DNA of 64,000 bases from an uncultured virus (IMG/VR IMGVR_UViG_3300013112_000606). Taxonomy: Duplodnaviria > Heunggongvirae > Uroviricota > Caudoviricetes. Position 1 is the first letter of the stretch. Every line of letters starts with the position of its first letter. Of this stretch, positions 1 through 9,290 are shown one piece after another. The translations under genes and the position numbers were made by a program. The stretch lies in IMG/VR virus record IMGVR_UViG_3300013112_000606. The stretch is one strand, 5' to 3'. A model generated the notes under the pieces. That model was given only the letters and a program-made list of their open reading frames with translations, ran no database searches and was not told where the DNA came from.

Positions 1-878
1 GGACACGAGGTCCGTCTCCTCCGCGGGTGAACCTTGGGTCAACCCACAGGACCTGGAGTCCCAGGTTCTGCACCCCGGAGAGGCTTTCCGCGGACCCTAC
101 GTCGGCATGCGGGTTCAATCCCTCGACAGAACCCCAGCCCATTCCGGGGTCCATACGATGTGCCGTGCTCCCGTACCTGGTGCCCGTGCCTCCCGCAGGG
201 GTCCAACCCTCCGGAGGGCCTCTGGGATGGTGGACCACGGGATCCACCGCCGCCACCATCTGTAGCTCCAGCCTACTGAGCCTCGAACCTCCGCCGTGGC
301 GCAGGGACCTACGAAGGGTCTGTCCCCGGGTCAAACGGCGGCACCAACACCCTGTCTGGCCCCCGCAGCGCTCGCCTGTGGCGGCCGCGGGGCGTCCTGG
401 ATGCTGGGAAAGCTGGCGGCCCCCGGGTTGCCCCAGGGACCGCGTGAGAGCGTGGGGGGTCGCCACGCAGACAGCACATGAGCTGGCCCCCGTTTCCAAG
501 CCTCCGGGAAACCGCCGGATCAGCTGAGGTGCATAGCGCTGAGGGTTCCGCCCTTCCGAGCAAGGCACCGCACAACACGGTTGCGCGCCCTCCTTGGCCC
601 ATCTCCAGCGACCACCGAACGCGTCTGCGTACCCGCGGAGGCACCAACGACAGGGCGGGTGGCCCTCGCCGCGAGGCCCCGTACCCATGGAGGTTCCCTG
701 GAACTTTCCGGCCGACGCGGAATCGAAGGATCCCACGATGGGCCACACTCTCTCCGCCGCCACAGCGACTTGGGCCGTGACTTCGGTCTGTCGCCTGGTG
801 GTCCGAGTGCCCCACCGATGGAACAGTCCAAGATTCCCACCGCGCAACGGGCCATCCAACGTGCTCCCACGGCACACA
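1..878 (-). ncRNA. candidate large structured non-coding RNA (may continue beyond window start)
   Basis: No ORF with the strong GC3 codon bias of neighbouring genes. Many hairpins (e.g. 416-443 with a GCAA loop on the minus strand, 361-392) and a long-range complement 159-167/868-876. Confidence 0.5.
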
Positions 879-901
879 CCCCCCGGAGTATCCGGGGGGG
901 G
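879..901 (-). terminator. GC hairpin just after the RAMP gene stop (terminator or processing site)
   Basis: CCCCCCGGA-gta-TCCGGGGGG inverted repeat; no U-tract. Confidence 0.4.
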
Positions 902-917
902 CGGCCGAGGGACGCTA

Positions 918-2378
918 CTACGCGGCCGGCTGCGTCGGCTCGGGCTCCGGGTCCTCCTTGAAGGAGTACCCGCCGTCGCCGTTGGTGGCACCGATCTCCT
1001 TGAGGTCGGTGTAGAGGGTGGCGTTGCTCGGGCGGTCCAGGCCCGTGCGGGACTCGAAGGCCTCCGCGATCTGGGCCACGGTCACGTGGCCGTTCTCGCG
1101 GATGTACTCCGACATCCACTCGCGCCGCATCTCGGGGGTCCACCGCCTGGTGTTCTCCCGGCGGCCCGACTCCAGCACGGCGGCCTTGACGTTCTTGGCC
1201 GCCTCCTCGACGTCCTCGACGGTGGTGATGGGCTGCGTCGAGGGCATCTGGACCCGCAGGGTGCTGGCGAGGAACGCCGCGTGCTCGGCGGCCAGCTCGC
1301 CACCCGCCATCTCCTCGATGGCGTCCATGTCGATGCCGTTGCCGAGCTCCTCGAAGTGGGTCAGCAGCATCTTGCCGACCGCGGCGCCCTTGGCCGGCGA
1401 CATGGAGCGGGCGTTGAGCAGCCCCATCTCCAGCGCGGCGCGCTTGAACTGGGCGGGCTCGATGCCGTTGGTCCGCGGGAAGCCCACGGTCATGGTGAAC
1501 GTCTCCAGGGGCTGGAGGGTCTCCATGGAGGACAGGCCCTTGCCGTCGCCGCCGACCTTGACCGGGTCCTCACCGATGATGGGGACCTGGTTGATGAGCA
1601 GCGGCTTGGTGGGGGTGATGTGGACGGTGGGTGCCGCCATCTTCTTCTGGAAGGCGGGCGACATGTTGAGGCGGGCCAGCAGCTGGCGGAGGAACCCGCG
1701 CACGATCTGGCTGTGGAGGGCGAGGCGGCCGTCGTGGCTGCGCAGGAAGTAGAGCATCCCGTGCCGCATCACGTCGATGTCCGTCTTGGACGGAGCCTTC
1801 TTGACCTTCCCCTCGCGCTTCAGGACCTGGCCGGCCGCCCGGCTGACCTCGGCGTCCTTGCACTTGAAGGGGGAGCGGGCGAGCATCTCGGCCAGGAAGG
1901 GGCTCAGCGGCCAGCCGCCGAACATGGGCTCGAGCGTCACGAACCACAGGCGCACGTAGTACATGTCCCGCGGCCAGCCCGGGTCCTTCTTCTTGCCGGT
2001 GTTCTCCAGGTGCTCCAGGACCTCGGCGACGACGACGGACCCATCGGACGCCATCACCGCCGCGATGATGTCCTTGTAGTGCGCGGTCTCCCGCGCCTTG
2101 CCGAGGTTGATGGCCTGCTCCATCGACCACACGGTCTTCTGCTGCAGGTCCTCCTCGCGCGACCGCTTGGCGATGATGCGCCGGCGGTACAGCGCGTCCA
2201 GGAACCCCTCGACGGTCCCCGGGGCGATGATGACGGAGACCCGCGTGCGGATGGCGTCGCAGATCTCCTTGGTGGTTGCCGTTCCGAGTGCCTGGATGAA
2301 GTACACGAGGAGGGCGGTGATCTCCTCGCGCTTGTCCTTGGCCAGGCGGACGGTGCTCGGCTTCTTCGGTCTGGGCAT
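918..2378 (-). CDS. wHTH + RAMP/Cas7-like domain + ArgR/DeoR-like wHTH fusion protein
   Basis: RAMP-like motifs YVRLWFVTLEPMFGG, FLRSHDGRLALHSQIVRGFLR, SMETLQPLETFTMTV and a degenerate G-loop PAKGAAVGKM. N-terminal wHTH (aa ~20-85). C-terminal SNATLYTDLKEIG resembles the ArgR HTH. Confidence 0.6.
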   Translation of the reverse strand: MPRPKKPSTVRLAKDKREEITALLVYFIQALGTATTKEICDAIRTRVSVIIAPGTVEGFLDALYRRRIIAKRSREEDLQQKTVWSMEQAINLGKARETAHYKDIIAAVMASDGSVVVAEVLEHLENTGKKKDPGWPRDMYYVRLWFVTLEPMFGGWPLSPFLAEMLARSPFKCKDAEVSRAAGQVLKREGKVKKAPSKTDIDVMRHGMLYFLRSHDGRLALHSQIVRGFLRQLLARLNMSPAFQKKMAAPTVHITPTKPLLINQVPIIGEDPVKVGGDGKGLSSMETLQPLETFTMTVGFPRTNGIEPAQFKRAALEMGLLNARSMSPAKGAAVGKMLLTHFEELGNGIDMDAIEEMAGGELAAEHAAFLASTLRVQMPSTQPITTVEDVEEAAKNVKAAVLESGRRENTRRWTPEMRREWMSEYIRENGHVTVAQIAEAFESRTGLDRPSNATLYTDLKEIGATNGDGGYSFKEDPEPEPTQPAA

Positions 2379-2412
2379 GTTGGCAGTCTCCTCTGCTCTA
2401 GGTGTTGAACCT

Positions 2413-2417
2413 CTTAT
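2413..2417 (-). promoter_or_regulatory. ATAAG phage promoter motif (first of 13 intergenic/gene-boundary copies; see findings)
   Basis: GCTATAAGAG on the minus strand upstream of the gene start at 2378. Confidence 0.65.
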
Positions 2418-2481
2418 AGCTGCGGGATCACTGCGTTTTCTGAGGGCTAATTGGAGGCGGCTGCGGCCTCCGAGCCCGGCG

Positions 2482-3117
2482 CTAGGCCGGTCTGTGGTCT
2501 CCGGTGAGCAGGAACTCGACCATGATGGCGGACTTCGCCTTCAGCGACGCCTTGTGGCTGAAGCCCCGCTGGATGGCGAGCTTGCGCAGGTCCATGCGGT
2601 TGAGCTTGCCGAGGTACTCCTCGCAGTACATGACCCCCCGGCACTCCATGCAGAGGTACGTCCCGCCCTTCTTCGACGGGGGGATCTGCCAGGTGCCGCA
2701 GTTCAGGCATCGGTGCTCCCCCGGCTGCCGGGGCGGCGGCTCGAAGTCCGCCTCCTCGTAGCCCGCAGGGATACCGTTGGGTGCCTCGAGGTACGCGAGG
2801 GGGACGGGGTGGGCCTTGGACATGGAGCTGAAGTAGTGCACCTGCCCATCGCGCATCCGGACTCCCGGGAAGCCACCCCTGCGGAGCATGTCGCGCGCCT
2901 CCGGGTTCCCCGGCTTGGTGCGGAGGTAGTCCCACGTGGTCCCGCCGGGCCCGTTCGCGGTGAACCCCATACCCTTGGCGACATCCCGGACGAGCCCGAG
3001 GGCCCCGGCCGGTCCCGCCTCCAGGTAGACGCAGGGCGTCAGGAGGACCCGTCGGTCCTCCGGGTAGGCGTGGGCGCCCTTGGTCAGGGGCACCCGTTTC
3101 CGAAGCCGAAGTCCCAT
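2482..3117 (-). CDS. hypothetical protein with Zn-ribbon (CLNC...CMEC)
   Basis: Codon bias, RBS GGAGG, two CxxC pairs. Confidence 0.75.
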   Translation of the reverse strand: MGLRLRKRVPLTKGAHAYPEDRRVLLTPCVYLEAGPAGALGLVRDVAKGMGFTANGPGGTTWDYLRTKPGNPEARDMLRRGGFPGVRMRDGQVHYFSSMSKAHPVPLAYLEAPNGIPAGYEEADFEPPPRQPGEHRCLNCGTWQIPPSKKGGTYLCMECRGVMYCEEYLGKLNRMDLRKLAIQRGFSHKASLKAKSAIMVEFLLTGDHRPA

Positions 3118-3123
3118 GTCCTC

Positions 3124-3474
3124 CTACATCTCGTCCTTGGTTGCCTCGCCGCCCAGCACGTGCGACGAGGTGAGCATCACCATGTGCCCTTCGACCAGCC
3201 CCCGGAGCTCCTGGGTGACCTGGGCGTGCTGGCCCACCAGCTTGTCGAAGCGCGCCTGCATCCCATCGCGCTTGTACGGCGGGAGCTCCTTCAGGTAGTC
3301 CACCATGCCGACGCAGATGGTCAGGCTGTACACCATCAGCGGCGCGATGGTGTCGTGCAGCAGGAGGAGCTCCTCCTTGCTGACGTCCTCCTGTGCGGTC
3401 AGGGTGTCCTGCACGCACATCAGTTGCCTCGTGGCCTCCTGGAGGCCCTTCAGCATCAACTTCCCGTCGTCCAT
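3124..3474 (-). CDS. hypothetical protein
   Basis: Codon bias, RBS GAGGAGG. Confidence 0.75.
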   Translation of the reverse strand: MDDGKLMLKGLQEATRQLMCVQDTLTAQEDVSKEELLLLHDTIAPLMVYSLTICVGMVDYLKELPPYKRDGMQARFDKLVGQHAQVTQELRGLVEGHMVMLTSSHVLGGEATKDEM

Positions 3475-3506
3475 ATCACGCCTCCTCTGCGTGGTTGTTG
3501 TAGGTA

Positions 3507-3690
3507 CTGTTCAGCGCGGCCGGGATACCCCACCGCCGACTCCCTCCGTTACTCACAGCCCGAAGGCCGGTCGCTCCATCCACATGGCAGCACAACTCTA
3601 TCGACGAGACCAGTGTTGGGGGTTGAGGATTGTGACTGGGGTCTCATGCGTCGATAGCACGCTGAACAGGCCGGACGTAGAGCCGCCCGG
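3507..3690 (-). ncRNA. structured leader or small RNA
   Basis: Closing stem 3507-3516/3660-3669, inner stem ~3596-3657; lies downstream of the ATAAG motif at 3700. Confidence 0.45.
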
Positions 3691-3754
3691 ACTGTATCTC
3701 TTATGCCACGATGGTCTGTCGCATTTCCGGATAATCAGCGACGGGGAGGGGGTT

Positions 3755-3782
3755 CGGTGCGGGGGCCGAAGCCCCCGCACCA
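3755..3782 (-). terminator. stem-loop after the 3818 gene
   Basis: GGTGCGGGGG...CCCCCGCACC with a cUUCGg loop on the minus strand. Confidence 0.55.
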
Positions 3783-3817
3783 GGCGAGGCAGAGGAGGGT
3801 CAGAACTCGCCCGAAGG

Positions 3818-4225
3818 TCAGTCGCTCAGGGCCTCGAGCTCCTTCTTGATGGCGTCCTCGTCCATGCCCTCGAGGGCGGCGTCCTGCTTGCGCTCCAGGG
3901 CGTCCATCAGCTTCTCGCGGCGCTTCGCGCGGTCGGCCCGCTGCTCAGCCTTCTCCTCCTCGGCGAGCTTGACCTCGATGACGTGCTTGACGATGTCGAG
4001 GCGGAGCTCGGCCACGGACTGCTTGGGGCTCCGGCGGGTGCGGACGAAGCTCTCCTCGCTCACCGCCTTGACCTCCCGGTTGGCGGCCTGGGCGACGGCA
4101 TCGAGGTCGAACCCGTTGCGCGAGCGCAGGGGGACGTCCCAGAGCATCTCGAGGGACAGCTGCCCCTTGCTGCTCTCGAAGCGGAGCTTCTGGCGGAGTG
4201 CGATGTCATACATGCTGGCGTTCAT
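3818..4225 (-). CDS. conserved phage hypothetical protein (coiled coil)
   Basis: KLRFESSKGQLSLEMLWDVPL...EESFV pattern typical of a phage family found beside the upstream gene. Confidence 0.8.
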   Translation of the reverse strand: MNASMYDIALRQKLRFESSKGQLSLEMLWDVPLRSRNGFDLDAVAQAANREVKAVSEESFVRTRRSPKQSVAELRLDIVKHVIEVKLAEEEKAEQRADRAKRREKLMDALERKQDAALEGMDEDAIKKELEALSD

Positions 4226-4237
4226 GGGTCTCTCCTT

Positions 4238-6316
4238 CTACGCGCCGAACCGGACCCGGTACAGGCGCTGGTTGTCGATCCTGACGATCACGGAGTCGGG
4301 CTTGGTCGACGAGAAGCCGAGGCCCGACAGCTGGCCCTCAGTGGGCTGGCACTTGGTCTTGTCCCCGATGACCTCGAACACCTTGCGGTGCGGGATCAGC
4401 CGAGGGTGCAGGAACTCGTTGTAGATGCCGCGGCAGGACTCGTCGTTCTTCGCGCCGTCGAGGACGAAGAGCGTGTGCTTGTTGCCCACAGCGTTGTCTC
4501 CCCAGTGGTTGGGGCTCAGGGTCACGAAGTTGACCTTCACGAACCTCTCGGACGTCAGGCCCCACTTCTCCTGCGCGGCCGTGCCGCACTCCATGTGGTG
4601 CTCGATGGTGAACTCGCCGTCCTTCAGAGTCACCGTGGCGACCGTCACCCACTCCTTGTGTTTGAGCGGCCGCTCCCGTTCGTAGGCGAACACCTGGCCG
4701 CCGAACTCGATCTCGGCCTGGAAGCCGCCTTCCGTGGGGGGCCGATGGGACCAGTTGTGGATCTTGCAGACGTACGTGCCCACAGGCATCCGCGCGATGT
4801 CGGGGAACGTGATGTTCTCGACGGGGATGTACCCCTTCGGTGCGGGGTCCGTGTAGTCCACGTCCTGGATGCCGCCGGACCGGGGGTGCTGTCGGTTGTT
4901 CCAGCCCACGCGCTCGTTGTTGCCGTAGCGGTCGTTGGTCGTTCCCGGCTTGGAGTACAGGATGGGGGATCCAGGCATGAAGACGTGGAGATCCATCAGA
5001 GAGGCGTTGCGCCTGTCGTGGTTCCACGAGTGGGAGAAGCGGAACGCTCCATCCACCCGACCACCTGCAGCGGACACTCGACGCCTCAGCTCCGAGTCGG
5101 CGAGGTTGCCGGCATAGGACCAGGCGAAGTCGTTGTCCCACTGGAACAGCTGGTTGGGCGCCGGGTGGACGGGAGCCGTCAAGGACATCAGGTTGCCCAG
5201 GTGGGCGGTCCTCAGCAGCACCTCCACGGCGGTAGCGTCGGTGAGCACGTCTGCCAGGAACTCGTCGATGGGGATGTCCTCGGCGCGCTTCTCGTCGAGG
5301 TCGTGACCCTGCGCCGCCTGGGCGTGGTCCATGAGCATGTCGCCGAGACCGCCGGCCATCAGCGGCTGGACCGTGTTGTCCACCCACAGCACGTCGTTGA
5401 CGCTGACGTCCTCGACGCGGGCGAACCGACGCTCCAGGGCGGGCTCCAAGCCCATCTCAGTGACCGTTTCCATGGCCGCCTTGACCATGCCGGGGGTGAT
5501 CACGGCCGTGGTGCGCTTGTAGTTCTCCGGCGCGACCTTGGTCTCGAACTTCTTGACCGCGAGCGTGAGGTCCGTTCCCTCGCTCAGGTCCTGGACCAGG
5601 GTGCCGATGGCGGTGTTGCGGAAGCGGGTGGCCGGGTCCTTGGCTCGCGCCCAGACGAAGAGGTCTCGGTCTTCGGCCTCGAGGTACAGCCGCTGGGCGG
5701 CCAGGAACCCCGCGACCTTCTCGCGGTGCTCCTCACCGCGGTAGAGGTTGTTGGCGTCGATCAGAGCCAGGACAGTCTCCAACGCCTCTGTGGTCAGCTC
5801 GTCCAGCCCGCGCTGGAAGACCTGAACGGTGGTGCGGTACTCGCCCTGGGCCTCGCCCGGGCTGGCCGCACGGAACTTCCGCGGGATGCTGCCCGTGTGG
5901 AAGTGGTTCCAGCGCTCGACCTGGTCGGACGGGCTCAGGCCGCGGGTCTTGGCGGACCCGATGCCGCTCTCCTTGACCCGGAAGACCCGGTCGATAGGCG
6001 CAGCGCGGACCAGCTCGGCCATGGCCTCGGCCACCACGTTGTGCGGGTAGGGAGCCTCGATTGCAGCCTTGTCCCAGACCGTGTGGCGCTCCTGGTCGAT
6101 GACCATGCCCACACGACGGATGAAGTGCTTGCAGTTGCTGCAGTCGTGCTCGGTGCGCTCCCGGAAGATGGGGTTGGTGCCATCGGGGAAGGAGTCCAGG
6201 TAGTGCCTGTACAGGTCGTCCCCGTCGATGTCGACGACGAAGAGGTCTCCCTTCGCCATCTTCTGGAACTGCTCGCGCACAGGCGCCGAGAACTGGTCGA
6301 AATCACTCATGGGCAA
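4238..6316 (-). CDS. conserved large phage protein (HDCxxCxxF motif; YfaP/DUF2135-like segment)
   Basis: 692 aa, strong codon bias, RTEHDCSNCKHFI and RFSHSW...MDLHV motifs. Confidence 0.8.
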   Translation of the reverse strand: MPMSDFDQFSAPVREQFQKMAKGDLFVVDIDGDDLYRHYLDSFPDGTNPIFRERTEHDCSNCKHFIRRVGMVIDQERHTVWDKAAIEAPYPHNVVAEAMAELVRAAPIDRVFRVKESGIGSAKTRGLSPSDQVERWNHFHTGSIPRKFRAASPGEAQGEYRTTVQVFQRGLDELTTEALETVLALIDANNLYRGEEHREKVAGFLAAQRLYLEAEDRDLFVWARAKDPATRFRNTAIGTLVQDLSEGTDLTLAVKKFETKVAPENYKRTTAVITPGMVKAAMETVTEMGLEPALERRFARVEDVSVNDVLWVDNTVQPLMAGGLGDMLMDHAQAAQGHDLDEKRAEDIPIDEFLADVLTDATAVEVLLRTAHLGNLMSLTAPVHPAPNQLFQWDNDFAWSYAGNLADSELRRRVSAAGGRVDGAFRFSHSWNHDRRNASLMDLHVFMPGSPILYSKPGTTNDRYGNNERVGWNNRQHPRSGGIQDVDYTDPAPKGYIPVENITFPDIARMPVGTYVCKIHNWSHRPPTEGGFQAEIEFGGQVFAYERERPLKHKEWVTVATVTLKDGEFTIEHHMECGTAAQEKWGLTSERFVKVNFVTLSPNHWGDNAVGNKHTLFVLDGAKNDESCRGIYNEFLHPRLIPHRKVFEVIGDKTKCQPTEGQLSGLGFSSTKPDSVIVRIDNQRLYRVRFGA

Positions 6317-6361
6317 AACTCCGTTGGTGGTGCGGGTTGTGGTTGTAGAGGAGGCAGCAGT

Positions 6362-6799
6362 TGGTGGAGGCGGTGGGAGTCGAACCCACGTCCTGACTGT
6401 GCTCAGGAGAGGCGTCTACGGGAGTAGTCGTCGCTTCAATTCCAGACCAGCTTGAGCGTCGACCGAATGGGCTGGTCAGGTGGTTCCGTCTACTGGGTCT
6501 GCCCTGGCCGGCGGTTTCCGTTCACGCCAGGGTCCGTCCTCAGATGAACACGCCCTGCAGGTGGTCAGAGGCAACACCCTCCTGCAGCACGACGGCCGTC
6601 AAGCGACCGCGAGAACCTCCATCGGGGTGGAGGCGGCCGGGGCGGGGAGATGGGTCATCTCGTCCGCCACGGTGCCCAGGCACCAGATGGGGGCACCCAC
6701 CGTGTCATCGGTGGCATTTGACAGTTGCTCCTGTAGGCCAGAGCACGCCTTCCCGCAACCTCTCCAGTGTTGCACGCCAGTCGAAACCGTTTCGCCCCC
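6362..6799 (-). ncRNA. ssrA: tmRNA
   Basis: 5' GGGGGCGAAACGGTTTCGAC; 3' GGGTTCGACTCCCACCGCCTCCACCA; acceptor stem with the G3:U Ala determinant; internal tag frame 6715-6599 ending LAVA-stop. Confidence 0.95.
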
Positions 6800-6974
6800 A
6801 GAGGGGCCCGGCCGGGTAACTACTCCGGCCGGGCCCCCAACCACACTGCCAACGTGGTACGTACTGGATACGTAGGTTCCTGGGGCTACCAGAAGTACTT
6901 ATAGCCTGCAAGCGGAATCTTTTACCGCTACGGAATGGGCGCGCAGAGCGCGCCCGACACCCCGGACGGGGTGC

Positions 6975-8369
6975 CTATCGTGGGTCGGCCTCGAGGGCGA
7001 TGGCGAGGAGCTTGGTCTTGTCGGTCTCGCCGTCGAGCTGGGCCTCGTACGCGGCCTGCAGCATCGGGCCGAAGTGCTGGCCACCGGGGATCCCCTCGGC
7101 GATGAGGTCCTTGCCCTCGAGGACCTTGGCGATGGGCTCCGGGCCCAGCTCCTCGAAGAAGCGCCAGGCGTACTCGGAGGGCTTGTGGTCCTCCATGACG
7201 ACCACCTCGATGCCCGGCCGCATCCTGGAGGCGAGACCGTCGCAGCGGGAGAACCATCCCGCGACGTCGAGGCGGTACTTGTTGTGCAGGCGTCGCCACA
7301 TGGGGTGGGGCCGCTTCACCGTCTGCATCGCGAACGAGAGGTTGCTCACGTTCATGTGCTGCCGGGTGATGGTGACCACCTGCTGGGTCAGCTCCTTCTG
7401 GTTCGTGAGCCGCCCCATGAAGGCCCTGGCGGGGTCCTCACCGGCCTTGTCGTGGCCGTGGGCCTTCAGCTCCTCGTCGGTGACCAGGGGCTTGCCCATG
7501 TCGTGGCACAGCGCGCCGAACATGAACCCCTCGTGCCACTCCTCGGGGAGCTCGGGCAGCTCCTTCCGCTGGCCGCGGATGGCCCAGGCCGCGGCGTCGA
7601 CCACCCGCAGGGTGTGCTCCCACACGTCCCCCTCCGGGTGCCACTGCGGGTTCTGCTCGCACCCGATGAGCGAGCCGAGCTCGGGGAACACCTCGAGCCC
7701 GCCGATGGCCAGCAGGAACCGGAGCCCCTGGCTGGGCTGCTCGGCCAGCATCAGCAGCTTGCGCCACTCCTCGTAGAGCCGCTCGCGCGGGAGGGTGCGG
7801 AGCAGGGGGACCAGCTGAGCGCACAGCGCCTCGGTCTGGTACTCCACCATCTCACACTTGCGCGCCAGGAGCTGAGCGCCGCGGAGCGCGCGGATGGGGT
7901 CCTCCACGAAGGTCACCGGGTCGGTGGCCCGCAACAGCCCGTTCTGGACGTCCTTGAGGCCGTCGAAGTGGTCGCCCACCGTGTCGGTCTCCGGGTCGTA
8001 GAACATGCTGTTGATGGAGAAGTCCCGCCGGCGCGCGGCCTCCAGCGGGGTCATCGTGGGGTCCAGGGTGACCTGGTCCTTGATCCCCGCGAAGTTCGTC
8101 AGGCGGGGAACCGACACGTCGATGTCGATGCTCTTGATCCCCCGGAGCTTCACGATGCCGAACGCCTTGCCCACCTCCACCGGGCGGTACTCCTCCACGG
8201 CTCGAGTCAGGTCGGACATCGAGAGGCCGTATACCTCGATGTCCCAGTCTTTGGGGTCTCTGCCCATCAACAGGTCTGCCACCGCGCCCCCCACCAGCAG
8301 CGGCTTGCCACTGGCGGCGCGGATGACACTCATGACCTGCAAGAGCTTGTTGGGAAGATCGAATCGCAC
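6975..8369 (-). CDS. cca: CCA-adding tRNA nucleotidyltransferase with HD domain
   Basis: LVGGAVAD...KDWDIEV, RRDFSINSM, EDPIRALRG, WHPEGDVWEHT, HDMGKP. GTG start after a GAGGAGG RBS. Confidence 0.92.
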   Translation of the reverse strand: MRFDLPNKLLQVMSVIRAASGKPLLVGGAVADLLMGRDPKDWDIEVYGLSMSDLTRAVEEYRPVEVGKAFGIVKLRGIKSIDIDVSVPRLTNFAGIKDQVTLDPTMTPLEAARRRDFSINSMFYDPETDTVGDHFDGLKDVQNGLLRATDPVTFVEDPIRALRGAQLLARKCEMVEYQTEALCAQLVPLLRTLPRERLYEEWRKLLMLAEQPSQGLRFLLAIGGLEVFPELGSLIGCEQNPQWHPEGDVWEHTLRVVDAAAWAIRGQRKELPELPEEWHEGFMFGALCHDMGKPLVTDEELKAHGHDKAGEDPARAFMGRLTNQKELTQQVVTITRQHMNVSNLSFAMQTVKRPHPMWRRLHNKYRLDVAGWFSRCDGLASRMRPGIEVVVMEDHKPSEYAWRFFEELGPEPIAKVLEGKDLIAEGIPGGQHFGPMLQAAYEAQLDGETDKTKLLAIALEADPR

Positions 8370-8567
8370 TCTTCCTCCTCTGTTGCTCCTCTTATACCCA
8401 GGCACCTGTGCGGATGTTCAGGGGTAAAGAACCCGTTGCGGGTTCAGTCGTCCCCCTTCGACGGGGGTACAGCTCTCCATGGTCGCGGGGCGGCGGCTAT
8501 GGTGCGGAGAGCCGCGGGACCCCGGCGGCGGCTGCCGGAGGGTCAGGTTGTGGTGGGCGCGGGGGCG

Positions 8568-9164
8568 CTAGCTGCGGGGGCCGACGCGGACGCGGTTGCG
8601 GTGGAACCAGACGGAGTCCGCCCACTGCTCGGGCGTGTAGGTGCCGCCCTCGGGGGCGGTGCCGCCGGGCAGCTCCTTCTGGTTCCGCGCCATCGTCACC
8701 GGGTGCATGGGCTCCTCGCCTGGCGTCAGCTGCGTGTTCAGCGACACCAGGTAGAACTCGTGCTCGCCGATCCGCTCGTCCTTCCCCGGCTCACCCGTAG
8801 CCGGGTGCGGCTGGGGCTCCAGCAGCGCGGACGGGTAGAAGACGGCGTAGGCCCAGTCGCACTCGGCCTTCTCGCCCTCCATCTCGTCGAGGGGGATGGT
8901 GTCCTCCCCCTTGGTCCCCGTGCGCTCGCCGAAGCCGCGCTCGTAGGACTCGCCGGCCTGCATCTCCCGGTAGACGCTGCGGAAGCGGCCGGGGGCGCAC
9001 AGCTCGACGACCATGGCGTCCGGGTTGAAGCTGGAGGGCTGACGGTTCCCCCAGTTCTCGGTGCACAGGACGAGCAGCTCCTCGAAGCTGCCGTCGAAGT
9101 CACCGAAGGGCTGGGCGGGGACGTGACGTCCCGCCGCGTAGTGGGTGTTACCCAAAATACTCAT
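8568..9164 (-). CDS. hypothetical protein (possibly DUF3228-like)
   Basis: Codon bias, RBS, EPMHPVTMARN...GGT motif. Confidence 0.7.
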   Translation of the reverse strand: MSILGNTHYAAGRHVPAQPFGDFDGSFEELLVLCTENWGNRQPSSFNPDAMVVELCAPGRFRSVYREMQAGESYERGFGERTGTKGEDTIPLDEMEGEKAECDWAYAVFYPSALLEPQPHPATGEPGKDERIGEHEFYLVSLNTQLTPGEEPMHPVTMARNQKELPGGTAPEGGTYTPEQWADSVWFHRNRVRVGPRS

Positions 9165-9290
9165 GTGGCCTTCCTCCTCTGTTTGATGACCGAGGTGGCC
9201 TTTCCTCGGTCATAATTCTTATCCCCGGACGCCCCCCAGAAGTTGCACCTAATGGAGCGCGGGGGCTCCTGGGTGACGCCCCGGACGGGG

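Noticed and set aside
1..878. Group II intron (minus strand begins GTGTG) or RNase P RNA
   Set aside because: No domain V consensus and no RNase P GAGGAAAGUCC signature visible within the window.
1..917. CRISPR array or short-period guide repeat next to the RAMP gene
   Set aside because: No 20-45 nt direct repeats with spacers and no strict short-period motif. An apparent ~10-nt CC spacing in 1-220 is irregular and expected at this GC content.
3305..9215. Long antisense ORFs (3305-6427, 7074-9215; likewise 48915-53252 and 43831-46686)
   Set aside because: Shadow frames of high-GC3 genes on the opposite strand, with no recognisable motifs.
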